Assembly (NCBI GenBank): GCA_963764165.1
Contig: CAVXRD010000002.1
Location: 3,551,161-3,615,160, forward strand
DNA from: an uncultured Verrucomicrobiae bacterium
GTDB taxonomy: Bacteria; Verrucomicrobiota; Verrucomicrobiia; Limisphaerales; Palsa-1400
Direction: 5' to 3'
DNA length: 64,000 nucleotides
The translations under genes were made by a program, and so were the position numbers. The number at the start of each line of letters is the position of its first letter. Position 1 is the first letter of the stretch. Of this stretch, positions 1 to 9,708 are shown piece by piece. The notes under the pieces were generated by a model that saw only the letters and a list, made by a program, of their open reading frames with translations, had not been told where the DNA came from and searched no databases.

Positions 1-135
1 GTGGTGGTGCACAGCCGGCTCATCAGCGACCCCGTGGCAGTCCGTTACGGCTGGGCGAATTATCCCGTCGTCAACTTGTGGAACAAGGCGGGGCTTCCGG
101 CCTCGCCATTCCGCACGGATGATTTTGAGAAATAG
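1..135 (+). CDS. 3' end of a sialate O-acetylesterase family protein (partial)
   Basis: Frame 1 reads [44 protein letters not shown]. PVAVRYxW...[16 protein letters not shown] is the typical C-terminus of this family. Confidence 0.85.
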   Translation: MVVHSRLISDPVAVRYGWANYPVVNLWNKAGLPASPFRTDDFEK

Positions 136-308
136 CCGCCAAGAAGGTGAAGGGATTTCACCCCTTCGCCACAAATCGACCGCGATCGCTCTACGGAATC
201 GGCAGGATCGCTTCGGCACGGCGACCGGGAGAGGCGGGTTAAACTCGCCGGCAGGCTGAATTTATCACAAGCTGCCGGACACCCTGCGAGGCGTCCCTGC
301 CTTCCCAA

Positions 309-698
309 TCAACGCCAGCGGCCGGGCACCCAATGGCGGTGGCGATCCCAATATCCGCCTACCCAAACCGCGCCATGCCAGGGTCGATGATCCCAGCGGC
401 CCGGGAACCATACCCATGCCCCACCGCGCCAACCCCAATATCCACCCACCCAATAGAACTCAGGCCCTGGCGATGCTACGACCACCTCGGTTTGAGTCGC
501 AGGCATGGGAGGAGCCGAAGGTGGGACCACCGTTTCAGCGGGGGGCGGGGGAGGAGTTGTCACCGGGGCGCTCGCGGGTGGCGGAGGAGGCACGTAGGCC
601 GGCTGCGGCGAGGCGCATCCGACGATTGTCATGCCTGCCGCTACGGCAAGCACCGGTAGTATCAAAATTTGTTTCTTCATGTCCGTTTTCCTTTCCAA
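309..698 (-). CDS. Pro-rich lipoprotein with YXWGXW-type repeats (start probably MKKQ at 677)
   Basis: Signal peptide with lipobox IVGC, poly-Pro linker, WVGGYW/WFPGRW/WVPGRW repeats. Confidence 0.85.
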   Translation of the reverse strand: MERKTDMKKQILILPVLAVAAGMTIVGCASPQPAYVPPPPPASAPVTTPPPPPAETVVPPSAPPMPATQTEVVVASPGPEFYWVGGYWGWRGGAWVWFPGRWDHRPWHGAVWVGGYWDRHRHWVPGRWR

Positions 699-753
699 TC
701 TTTAATACGGGACGAATTGCCACACCTTGCATATTCAAAACTTTAGGGGAAGA

Positions 754-782
754 ATGGGACTTATGGGACCTATAGGGCCTAT
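754..782. repeat. Three tandem degenerate 9-mers (ATGGGACTT-ATGGGACCT-ATAGGGCCT)
   Basis: Read directly in the spacer between the ABC binding protein stop and the lipoprotein start. Confidence 0.7.
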
Positions 783-1750
783 CAATTCCGAAGAAAAATC
801 TGGCGGGTCTCTTCAGTCGCGTTGGTGAGGTCTAGAAGAAGTTTTCCCCAATCCACTTTCAAACCGGTGGCAGCAGTCGCCGGATCCTGCGTAGCTCCTT
901 CCAACGCCCGCAGTTCCACCAATTTTTGCGAGACCTTTGGATCGCACAAAAAGGCGAACAGCTTTTGCGCCGCCTCCGGATGCGGACAGTTTCGGATGAC
1001 GCCGACGGTATTGGGTACAAATAGCGTTTCCTTGGTGGTCGCCAGCGGCGCAACCGGGAATCCTTCGCGCTGCGCGCCGGCGATGTCATCGGAATCCGTA
1101 AACCCAAACAGCGCCTCGCCGCGGGAAACCTGTTTCACGACCATCGAATTTCCCTCGAGCACGAACGGTTTGTTGGACTGCAATGCGCGGCACCAATTCT
1201 GCCACGCTTCGTCGCCCCAAAGCTGGCGCAGCGCCTGAAAATGAGTGGCTGTTGTGCCAAACAGCGGATACGCCACCGCCACTTTGCCCTGCCAGATGGG
1301 ATTGGTGGCATCGCTGAACGAGCGCGGAGCCTTCGCGAGTGGAAGCAGATTGGTATTGATAACAATGCGGCGGGAGCGATAGCCAAGGTGCGCCCAGCCG
1401 TTCGTCTCCCGGAACACTCCGTGCGCGGCGAGCTGGCGGGTGCGGAATTCCTCATTGTTCCAGAAGACGTCGCACTGCGGATTTCCCTGCTCTGTCAATA
1501 ATCGGTTGACCAGTCCGACCGTCTTGACAGCTTCGCTGTCATAAACCGGCTTGACCTCGATGCCGGTTTCTTTCTCAAAATCGCGCAGGATTGGCTCGGC
1601 AAAGACTTCGTCCTGGGACGTGTAGATGATGACGACCGCATTCTGCTTTTTTTGACAGCCACCCGAGAACACGAGCGCGGCCATCAAAACGCACACGAGT
1701 TTCACGACAGCGCGTGGGCGAAAGGGCGGAATCGCTGGCAATTGCATCAC
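782..1750 (-). CDS. ABC transporter substrate-binding lipoprotein, Fe3+/FutA-AfuA-like
   Basis: Lipobox SGGC, IYTSQD, F.KETGIEV, CDVFWNNE, TDSDD, PNTVGVI...PHPEAAQKL. Confidence 0.85.
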   Translation of the reverse strand: MMQLPAIPPFRPRAVVKLVCVLMAALVFSGGCQKKQNAVVIIYTSQDEVFAEPILRDFEKETGIEVKPVYDSEAVKTVGLVNRLLTEQGNPQCDVFWNNEEFRTRQLAAHGVFRETNGWAHLGYRSRRIVINTNLLPLAKAPRSFSDATNPIWQGKVAVAYPLFGTTATHFQALRQLWGDEAWQNWCRALQSNKPFVLEGNSMVVKQVSRGEALFGFTDSDDIAGAQREGFPVAPLATTKETLFVPNTVGVIRNCPHPEAAQKLFAFLCDPKVSQKLVELRALEGATQDPATAATGLKVDWGKLLLDLTNATEETRQIFLRN

Positions 1751-2427
1751 GCCGCCCCGGCGGGGGATGCGTTGAAGAAACCGCGCAGTTCCTCCTCAAG
1801 TTCGGCGGGCGTCGCCACCAGATTTGCCATTTCCTCGCGCAAAACCTCGCTGTAACGCTGGCGCAGGCTCTGCACCATATGTGTGACAGCGGCTTCGGCC
1901 AGGCTCAGGCGCGCGGCCAATTCCGCATACGAAACCGCCACCGGCGATCCGGCCAGGCAATGCTTCATGGCCGCGAATATTTCTCCCTTGCCCAAAGCTT
2001 CATATTCCTGCTTCAAGCGTTCATAGACCACATTGGCGACCGCCAGCGCCCAATTTTGCTCGAAGACCTTTTCCGTCAGCGGGGTGTCGTTAACCGGTTC
2101 CGGCTTTCGGAGCCGCCCTTTGCGGGCCTCATCGATGAGGAAGTGGTTCATGGCAGACATTACAAAAGAGCGAAATTTGCCGCAGTCTTTTCGCATGTAG
2201 GCCAGCGTTTTGTTTTGAAGCAGCTTGGAAAAGAACTCGTGCGTGAGCGCCTTGGCCTCTTCCGGGGAATGCCCGCGAAGGCGGACGTAGGCATAAAGCG
2301 GATACCAATATGTCTGGCAAAGACGGGATAGCGCTTCCATGGCGCGCGCGGTGTCCTGCCGCCGTGCGTGCAACACGACGGCCCAGTGGTTGGCGGCGCA
2401 AGCCGCCTGAGGCGTGTCGGAATTCAT
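1747..2427 (-). CDS. ECF RNA polymerase sigma factor (PVC-type)
   Basis: HWAVV...LCQTYWYPLYAYVR...LTHEFF...GKFRSF region 2 and SYAELAARL...V..LRQRY region 4. Overlaps the downstream gene by 4 bp. Confidence 0.85.
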   Translation of the reverse strand: MNSDTPQAACAANHWAVVLHARRQDTARAMEALSRLCQTYWYPLYAYVRLRGHSPEEAKALTHEFFSKLLQNKTLAYMRKDCGKFRSFVMSAMNHFLIDEARKGRLRKPEPVNDTPLTEKVFEQNWALAVANVVYERLKQEYEALGKGEIFAAMKHCLAGSPVAVSYAELAARLSLAEAAVTHMVQSLRQRYSEVLREEMANLVATPAELEEELRGFFNASPAGAA

Positions 2428-2646
2428 ACAGATTATAAACAGCCGTAGAATGTTTTCGATTTCTTATACTCAATCGACAGATTTTCGTAAACATCTTTAT
2501 TTCGCCCCCGCCCCGGCGCTAACCGGCTCCATTTATGCGGAAAATATTCGGAAATATTTTAGAAAACGCTTGACGCTCAGGGGCCTTTAGTAGTTAATCA
2601 AGCGCAATTGCGGGTGTTACACCGCCCCAAAGAGCCAAATAACAAT

Positions 2647-3372
2647 ATGAACATGTGGACCAAGTCATTTTCGGGCCAATTCGCCATGATTGGAGCGGCG
2701 CTGATTTTCGCCCAGAGCGCTCATAGCCAAACACTTGTGTATGCCAATGACACAACTTACCAGAATGCAACGTTCAATTTCAACAACGGCGCGGGCTTTG
2801 GCGAAGCTGGCAACGAGGTTGTGCTGGCTGGCGGTTCTGCGGGCGACACTTCCACTTTCTCCTACTACATCACCCAGGCTGCCGTTCAGTTTGCTTTGAC
2901 GGGCACCGGAACCCCGACCGGTTCGGAGCAAGTCGAACTGAATTTTTACGAGAACAACGGCCCTATCGTTTATAGCTACTATAACACCCCTAGCTCATTA
3001 ATCTGGAGCAGCGGTTTCTCGACTTTGAGTTCTTTGGGTCTCTCCACTTTCACCGACGGTTCGAGCTTGACCTACACGCCCAACGTGTTGGTTCCGGCTG
3101 ATTTTACCTGGACGCTGGTCTTCCAGAACCTGTCTCCTTCAGAATCCGCAGGGTTGGCCCTTTATTCCCCCGCTACGGTCGGCGCAAATTTCGGAGACGC
3201 ATGGGAAAACGTCGGAACGGCGAACACTCCTGTGTGGGACTTGGTTTCGGCTGGTTCGGGCGATCCCGCCCTGACCTTCGGCGCGACCTTGTCGGTGCCT
3301 GAGCCGAGCACGATTGCTCTTGGCGTGATGGGCGGATGCGCGATTTTGGCACGCCTGCGCCGGAAATCCTGA
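2647..3372 (+). CDS. PEP-CTERM exosortase-sorted surface protein
   Basis: Signal peptide (MNMWTK...SAHS) and C-terminal VPEPSTIALGVMGGCAILARLRRKS. ATG 2647 is preferred over the track start at 2608. Confidence 0.92.
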   Translation: MNMWTKSFSGQFAMIGAALIFAQSAHSQTLVYANDTTYQNATFNFNNGAGFGEAGNEVVLAGGSAGDTSTFSYYITQAAVQFALTGTGTPTGSEQVELNFYENNGPIVYSYYNTPSSLIWSSGFSTLSSLGLSTFTDGSSLTYTPNVLVPADFTWTLVFQNLSPSESAGLALYSPATVGANFGDAWENVGTANTPVWDLVSAGSGDPALTFGATLSVPEPSTIALGVMGGCAILARLRRKS

Positions 3373-3399
3373 TTTCTGGTTTCACACTCGATTTTCAAG

Positions 3400-3432
3400 A
3401 AAGGCCCGAAGCAATTCGGGCCTTTTGCTTTT
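3400..3432 (+). terminator. Rho-independent terminator of the PEP-CTERM gene
   Basis: AAAGGCCCGAA-GCAA-TTCGGGCCTTT stem-loop followed by T-rich sequence. Confidence 0.88.
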
Positions 3433-3762
3433 TGCCCGCTCGGTTCCACAAAAGAAAATCCGTCGATTTTCTCCATGGATCCCGTCTTTTTCGGGTTCCT
3501 TGGCGATGTTGGCAGATTAGGAGATGCAAATCTGATTTGGTTGGACCGAGGAAACTCCGCGCCCTCCGCGGCTACCTGCGCGATGGCGGTGGATGCCGCG
3601 AGGAAACCAAGTGCGAGCTGGAAAAGCAATGTCGCGCAGAGAGAAGATGAGTGCGCAGAGCAACACAAAGGCAAAATCAGCACTCCACAGTAAACATCCC
3701 AGAGCCATTTCCGTTTGGTTTTTCGCAATGTTTCTACAGAAATCGCGCCGAAAACACTCTGG

Positions 3763-4051
3763 TAGGTTTTCCATCGAGCCCCAACCGTGGTAAAGTGCGT
3801 TCATGCAAAGGCAAGGTCATATTAAGGGAGGCAGCGCAGCGCGCAACTTCGTGTTCATGCGCCGCAGCCTGGCCGCCCTGTCCCTGGAGCCGTCCAAACG
3901 GGTTTCGCCCGAAAGAAATCGTTGCACCCTATTGCACCCTATTTCACTTTGCGTTTTTGAGCCTCTCCAGCGCCCAGCTTGGACTCCCCAAAACAGGTTT
4001 GCGGCAAAGGCTGGCGCGGAGATTCATTCCACCGAAAACAGAGAGGAATCA
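3763..4051 (+). repeat. Copy A of a ~290-bp dispersed element (promoter-like motif, small ORF 3803-4066, TTGCACCCTA repeats)
   Basis: Aligns nearly without gaps to the reverse complement of 12666-12956. Shared blocks include TAGGTTTTCCATC, GCCCCAACCGTGG, GCGCGCAACTTCGTGTT, TCGTTGCACCCTATTGCACCCT and GGCAAAGGCTGGCGC. Confidence 0.85.
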
Positions 4052-4224
4052 AATGTTGCACTTTAACTCATTGAGAATGAACGATGGAGCGGCATGGAGC
4101 AAATTTCTTCATGCCCGTCGTTTCCTTGTTGTAAAATGTCTTGTGACGAATTCTATCGCGCATCCGCATCCATGCCATAGCCGCTCCGCCTTGTATTCCG
4201 GGCGCCTCGGGGTTTATTAGACTC

Positions 4225-7200
4225 ATGGCGGACGTGGAATTAACGGATGCCCTGCTGGCGAAACTGGCGGGGTGGGAGGCTGTCAAACAGGCGCGTTTGC
4301 TGCTGGCGGCCGGGCGGGTGCTATCGTCGGAATGGCAGCCGCCTACCCTCCGCGGCACGGTGCAGGAAGGCTCCTTGAGTTATCGCGCCGGACTTGTCAT
4401 CCGCAGCGCTTCGGACGCCGACAACCTTTGCACCTGCCGTGATTCGCGCCAACGCGGACTCATCTGCTCTCATTCGGTTGCGGCGGGTTTGCATTTCCTG
4501 AAAGGCCCGGCGCCAGCCACCGCCGCGAAACCTTTGGCGCCCGCCCAAAAGGACGCGCCCAAACCGCCAACTTCGAAAACGCCCGTGCTCTTGCGCTCCG
4601 CCGCCGGGGAAACGGGCGAATCGGTGGAATTATTTGTGGTTCTCCCACCCAATTTTGCGGCAGCCGCCTCTCGCGGAAAAATCATGCTCTACATCGAAGC
4701 AAAATGGCGGGCGGGGCGCGTCCCGCTCGATGCTCTCCCGCTTGATGCGCCATTCGCGCTCGACGCCGCTGACTCCGCTTTGCTGGACGCCTTGGAAAAT
4801 ATCAACCATGGCGGCAAGCCTTCGATGGTAATGCTGGAATCTCAAGCATTGACAGAACTTTTGCCACGCCTGGCCGGGCATCCGCGCGTGACGCTGGGAA
4901 AGGGCCAGGCCATCCGGATAGTTTCGGAGCCGCTGCAGCTTTCCATCCGCGCGCATCTGGAGAACAGCGGGGAGATTGCGCTTTCGCTGTTGGGAAAGAA
5001 ACCCGATTGCATCATTCCCGGGACGACGCCGTGGACTTTCGACGGCCGCACCTTGCAACCGCTCGGTTTGTCGTCCGACGTCGCGGATTTGCTCCGTGGG
5101 CCGGTGCGCATTCCAAGATCGCGTGTGCCGGCCTTTCTCAACATCGATTGGCCAAAGCTTTCCGCGAGCGGCGGGGTGGAGGCGGATTTCGCGCTCGACG
5201 ATTTTGTTCTGGAACCGGCTGCGCCCGAATTCAAATTGCATCTCGCCGGCGGCCTGGCGGCGCTGGAGGCAAAGCTCGAATGTTTTTACGGGGGCGTGGC
5301 GGCATCAGGTCTTCCGCGCGAAACACCGTGGCTGCCGGATGCAAAATCCGCGACGCGCTACGCCATGAGAAATTTCCAGGCGGAGCAGGCTGCGATGGCA
5401 ACCCTTGTTCGCGCCGGGTTTGCCGGGCCTGATTCGAGCGGCAAATACCAGCTCAACGGCCAAAATCCGGTTCTCAATTTTTTCGCGCGGGATTTTCCGC
5501 GGTTGGAGAATGAATGGCGCGTGACGTTGGAAGAACGGCTGGAACGGAGCACGGAAAAACTGGAACGGGTGCAGCCGCGCTTTCAAGTCACGCCGTCCGG
5601 CGAACAATGGTTTGATTTGCAGGTCAGCTACGATTTGCCCGGCGGCGAACCGCTGCCGGCCTCTGAAGTGCAGCGGCTGATTCTCTCCGGCCAGGGCCAC
5701 ACGCGGCTGAAAAACGGAAAATTCGCTTTGCTCGACACGGGCGCGGTGGAGGAATTGCAGGAGGTGCTGGTCGATTGCGCGCCCCGCCAGCATTCCACCG
5801 GCTATCGGCTGGACAACTCGCAGGCTGGTTTCCTGCAGGCAACCCTGCGCGGCCAGCCCGGCTGGAAAATCCAGGCGCCCGCCGAGTGGTCGCAGGGCGA
5901 GATAAAACTCCCGTCTCCGGCGCTGGGCGATTTGGAAAATGTGCTGCGCCCCTACCAAAAGGACGGCGCGGCCTGGTTGCAATTTCTGCGGGCGCACGGA
6001 TTTGGCGGCATTCTCGCGGACGAAATGGGCCTGGGCAAAACGGTGCAGGTCCTCGCGCATCTTCGCTCCTCCGCGCGGACGGGTCCGAGCCTCGTCGTCT
6101 GCCCCTCCTCGCTCGTTTTCAATTGGGAGGCCGAAGCCGCCAAGTTCACTCCCACGCTGCGCGCGCTGGCTGTTCATGGGCCGGATCGCCATGGATTATT
6201 CCCGAAGATTTCCTCGTCCGATATTGTCATCACGAGCTACGCGCTGCTTCGGCGCGACGCCGAACATTATCGCGGCCTTGAATTCGACACCGTTGTTCTG
6301 GACGAAGCGCAGCACATCAAAAATCGCCAGACGCAAAACGCGCAGGCGGTGAAAACCATCCGGGGCCGCCACAAACTCGTCTTGACTGGAACGCCGGTGG
6401 AAAATTCCGTGCTCGATCTCTGGTCGATTTTTGATTTTTTGATGCCGGGCTACCTTGGCAAGGCCGAGGATTTTCGCGAGCGCTACGAAGTTCCCATCAT
6501 GCGCGAGCGGGATGCCGGAACGCAGGCGCGGCTGGCGCGGCGATTGCGCCCATTCGTCTTGCGGAGGCGCAAGCGCGAGGTCGCCGCCGACCTGCCTGAA
6601 AAAATCGAGCAGGTCAGCTTCTGCGAATTGAACCAGGAGCAGCGCGCCGTTTACCAGCAGGTGCTGGAAGCCGGGCGGCGCGAAGTTCTGGAAACCGTCT
6701 CGGCGCAGGGCAAGGGCCGAAGCCGGGTGGCGGCGCTGACGGCTCTGCTGCGCTTGCGCCAGATTTGCTGCGACCTGCGCCTGCTCAAGACGGACATGGA
6801 GCCGGCCGTGTCCGGCAAAGTGGAGCTGTTCAACGAACTCCTGGAGGAAACGCTCGACGGCGGCCACCGCGCGCTGGTGTTCAGCCAGTTCACTTCCATG
6901 CTGGCGCTGTTGCGCGAGGAATTGGACGCGCGGCAGATTCCGTTCTGTTATCTCGATGGCTCAACCACCGACCGTAGCCGTGTTGTTGACACATTTCAGC
7001 GCGACGCCTCGGTGCCGGTTTTCCTGATCAGCCTCAAAGCGGGCGGCGTCGGCTTGAACCTGACGGGGGCGGACACGGTCATCCATTTTGATCCATGGTG
7101 GAACCCCGCTGTCGAAGCGCAGGCGACGGACCGCGCGCATCGAATCGGGCAAAAGAAAATTGTCACGAGCTACAAGCTCATCGCCCGCGGCACGGTGGAG

Positions 7201-7326
7201 GAAAAAATCCTGAATCTGCAAAAGCGCAAGCGCGCATTGACCGAAGGACTGCTGGGAGACGAGGAGTCGTTTATGGAGGCCGTTAGCTGGGAGGATATCC
7301 AGGATCTGCTGGATATTTCGCCGTGA
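4225..7326 (+). CDS. SWIM zinc-finger SNF2/DEAD-box helicase
   Basis: SWIM CTC...CSH; LADEMGLGKT, DEAQHIKN, LTGTPVEN, GGVGLNL, DPWWNPAVEAQATDRAHRIGQ. Confidence 0.95.
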   Translation: MADVELTDALLAKLAGWEAVKQARLLLAAGRVLSSEWQPPTLRGTVQEGSLSYRAGLVIRSASDADNLCTCRDSRQRGLICSHSVAAGLHFLKGPAPATAAKPLAPAQKDAPKPPTSKTPVLLRSAAGETGESVELFVVLPPNFAAAASRGKIMLYIEAKWRAGRVPLDALPLDAPFALDAADSALLDALENINHGGKPSMVMLESQALTELLPRLAGHPRVTLGKGQAIRIVSEPLQLSIRAHLENSGEIALSLLGKKPDCIIPGTTPWTFDGRTLQPLGLSSDVADLLRGPVRIPRSRVPAFLNIDWPKLSASGGVEADFALDDFVLEPAAPEFKLHLAGGLAALEAKLECFYGGVAASGLPRETPWLPDAKSATRYAMRNFQAEQAAMATLVRAGFAGPDSSGKYQLNGQNPVLNFFARDFPRLENEWRVTLEERLERSTEKLERVQPRFQVTPSGEQWFDLQVSYDLPGGEPLPASEVQRLILSGQGHTRLKNGKFALLDTGAVEELQEVLVDCAPRQHSTGYRLDNSQAGFLQATLRGQPGWKIQAPAEWSQGEIKLPSPALGDLENVLRPYQKDGAAWLQFLRAHGFGGILADEMGLGKTVQVLAHLRSSARTGPSLVVCPSSLVFNWEAEAAKFTPTLRALAVHGPDRHGLFPKISSSDIVITSYALLRRDAEHYRGLEFDTVVLDEAQHIKNRQTQNAQAVKTIRGRHKLVLTGTPVENSVLDLWSIFDFLMPGYLGKAEDFRERYEVPIMRERDAGTQARLARRLRPFVLRRRKREVAADLPEKIEQVSFCELNQEQRAVYQQVLEAGRREVLETVSAQGKGRSRVAALTALLRLRQICCDLRLLKTDMEPAVSGKVELFNELLEETLDGGHRALVFSQFTSMLALLREELDARQIPFCYLDGSTTDRSRVVDTFQRDASVPVFLISLKAGGVGLNLTGADTVIHFDPWWNPAVEAQATDRAHRIGQKKIVTSYKLIARGTVEEKILNLQKRKRALTEGLLGDEESFMEAVSWEDIQDLLDISP

Positions 7327-7332
7327 ATCTGC

Positions 7333-9642
7333 TTACTTCTTGGCTTCCGCGGGAACCGAAGCTTCGGCGGGTTTGGCGTCACCGGTTGCGGGCTGCCAGA
7401 TGACTTCGTAGATGCGCACGGGCTTTTGGAAGCCTTTGACGGTGCGCGGCGGCCATTCAAGGCACAGGGAGGCCATTTGCGGTTCGTCGCGAACAATCTG
7501 CTCGTACGTCGCTTCTCCGATAATGATGCGTCCGTGCCCCGAAACTCCTTCCAAACGGCTGGCCAAATTTACCTCGCGTCCAAATGCGGTGTAATTGAGC
7601 AGATGATCTTCTGATCCCATGAATCCGACGATCGATATGCCGGTGTTGATGCCGGTGCCCATCGAAAGGATTGGCAACATCGAAAGCGCGGGAAGCCCCT
7701 GCTGCAAACGAGTGACGTTTTCCTCTTCGCGAAGCTTGTTTTGCTTGGCGCGCTCGACGTTCAGCGCAGCCATGGCCCGCTGCGCGCCAATCGCCGCCCG
7801 CACCGCCAGCAAGGCGTGCTGCGGGTCCGGCAGCGGCGAGCCCCAAAACGCCATCACGCAATCGCCGATGTATTTGTCGAGCGTGCCCTTGTGCTCCTTG
7901 ACCACGTCGGAGATCGCGGTGAGATAGGCGTTGACCGTGTCGAGGGTGTCCTTGGCGTGCAGGTCGAAATAAGCTTTGGCATCCGCCTCGTTCAAATTGT
8001 TCTTCTTGACGTATTCCTCCGCCTGCGCCTGGGTCACGTCGGTCAATTCAGTAAAGCCGCGCACATCTGCGAAATAAACAGTGATTTCCCGGCGCTGGCC
8101 GCTGATGCGAATTTCCTCCTTGGTCAGGACTTCGTTGACGACGTCCGGCGAGAGGACGCGCGAGAAAAGGTTCTTGATCAGGCGCTTTTGCGATTGCTCA
8201 ACGCGCACACGATAGATGAGCGTGCAGACGTGCGTCAGGATTCCAGCGCAAAACATCGGGAGCGCAATCGGAATCCAGATGCGCCATTCTGCGTAGAGAA
8301 ACATGGCGACGCCGAAATAAGCCGCAATGAAAGCCACCATCACGAGGGTGCCGTTGTGCGCCTTCTCCACCACCCACGTCACCCACGCCGCAAAAAAACC
8401 CGCAAAGACGATGAGCAGAATGTTGACGGCCATCGGCGTAGGTTTGACAAAAACGCCCGATATAACACTGTTGGCGACATTGAGATGCTTGATGACAAGA
8501 AAGGTATGCGTGTCCAACGGCGTCGAGCCAACGTCGGTGAGATCGTTCCCCGTTGCGGTTGAACCGATCATCACCAGCTTGCCGGTGAAATCATTGGTGA
8601 CTGGCAGATGGTGTTTGCGATCAACCCCATTTTGAAGCAACGTCTCGAAAGGCGCCTCGTAAATCTGTGGATCATCCGCCTTCAGCGACCAGTCAATGTA
8701 ATAGCTGTTTTCGCCGTCCACCGGAATGGCGCGAACGACACCGTTTGAGCCAGTCAGAATGATTTTCCCGGGCTCAAATTTTGGGTACTCGAGATCCAGA
8801 TGCAACTGCGCCGCCGCCAGCATGATTCCCATGCTCCAAATGCGGGCCGTTTGGTATGGGACAAATTTGTCTGGAACTCCTTCTGGAACGGGATTGAACG
8901 CATTTGTCGCCACGATCTCGCCGGCGTCGTTTTCGGGCCAATCAATCTCATGATCCCTGTGCTCGGTGAAAAACCGAATCTTGTGCTCCTTTTTGTCAAC
9001 AATCGTTTTCGACAGATCCAGGTTCATCGTTGCCGCGAGATCCTCAATGACGGAATTCCAAACGTAGTAGTCTTCGAAGGCGCGGTCTTTGCGCAAAACA
9101 TCGTCAATCGGATCGCGGTAAACTGTCATGCTGGCAATTTTCCATGCGCTTTCGCGGAATTTCGCTATGGGCATCTTGTCCAGAACGGTGGCCAAAATGG
9201 CATTGCTCGAAGCGCGAAGCTGCGCCGCGAAGACATCATCGGGCGCGACTATTTCGCCCTCGGGTGTCGTAACCGCTGCCTGGTCTCCGCGCTTTTCGGC
9301 GAACAGCACGTCGAACGCCACCGCCCGCGCGCCTTCCTCGGTCAGCTCCTTTAATGCTGCCGCATATACGTCGCGCGGCCAGTACAGGCCGTAATTGAAA
9401 CCGAGATGACTGTTGTAGCGGACTTCGTAAATGGAATTGTCGGTGATCTTTACCAGCGCCAGATTGGTCGCGGCGTTGGCGTTGGTTTGCTGCAGTTGGT
9501 GTGCAACTTGAACGCGCCAATCATACGTCATTAATTCGATTTGGCGAAGCGGCTTGAGCGGCCATTTCTCGAAGGCGCAAACGAGCGCGATGACGACGAC
9601 CGCAATAAGAAAGGTAGGAGATTTTAGAAAACCAAAGCGCAC
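7333..9642 (-). CDS. CHASE2-domain transmembrane class III adenylate cyclase
   Basis: N-terminal TM, CHASE2 (WPR...AFDVLF...GKLVMIGSTA), three TMs, cyclase motifs FADVRGFT, LDKYIGDCVMAFWG, NYTAFGREVNLASRLE. GTG 9642 chosen because the track start (9672) lies inside the upstream terminator. Confidence 0.92.
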   Translation of the reverse strand: MRFGFLKSPTFLIAVVVIALVCAFEKWPLKPLRQIELMTYDWRVQVAHQLQQTNANAATNLALVKITDNSIYEVRYNSHLGFNYGLYWPRDVYAAALKELTEEGARAVAFDVLFAEKRGDQAAVTTPEGEIVAPDDVFAAQLRASSNAILATVLDKMPIAKFRESAWKIASMTVYRDPIDDVLRKDRAFEDYYVWNSVIEDLAATMNLDLSKTIVDKKEHKIRFFTEHRDHEIDWPENDAGEIVATNAFNPVPEGVPDKFVPYQTARIWSMGIMLAAAQLHLDLEYPKFEPGKIILTGSNGVVRAIPVDGENSYYIDWSLKADDPQIYEAPFETLLQNGVDRKHHLPVTNDFTGKLVMIGSTATGNDLTDVGSTPLDTHTFLVIKHLNVANSVISGVFVKPTPMAVNILLIVFAGFFAAWVTWVVEKAHNGTLVMVAFIAAYFGVAMFLYAEWRIWIPIALPMFCAGILTHVCTLIYRVRVEQSQKRLIKNLFSRVLSPDVVNEVLTKEEIRISGQRREITVYFADVRGFTELTDVTQAQAEEYVKKNNLNEADAKAYFDLHAKDTLDTVNAYLTAISDVVKEHKGTLDKYIGDCVMAFWGSPLPDPQHALLAVRAAIGAQRAMAALNVERAKQNKLREEENVTRLQQGLPALSMLPILSMGTGINTGISIVGFMGSEDHLLNYTAFGREVNLASRLEGVSGHGRIIIGEATYEQIVRDEPQMASLCLEWPPRTVKGFQKPVRIYEVIWQPATGDAKPAEASVPAEAKK

Positions 9643-9650
9643 GGTTGGAT

Positions 9651-9688
9651 AAAAACAAAAAACCCGGAGCAACGCAAGTCACTCCGGG
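9651..9688 (-). terminator. Probable terminator/attenuator between the FecR gene and the cyclase
   Basis: CCCGGAG...CTCCGGG hairpin followed on the minus strand by TTTTTGTTTT. Confidence 0.65.
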
Positions 9689-9708
9689 CTGAAATTACAG
9701 ACTATGCT

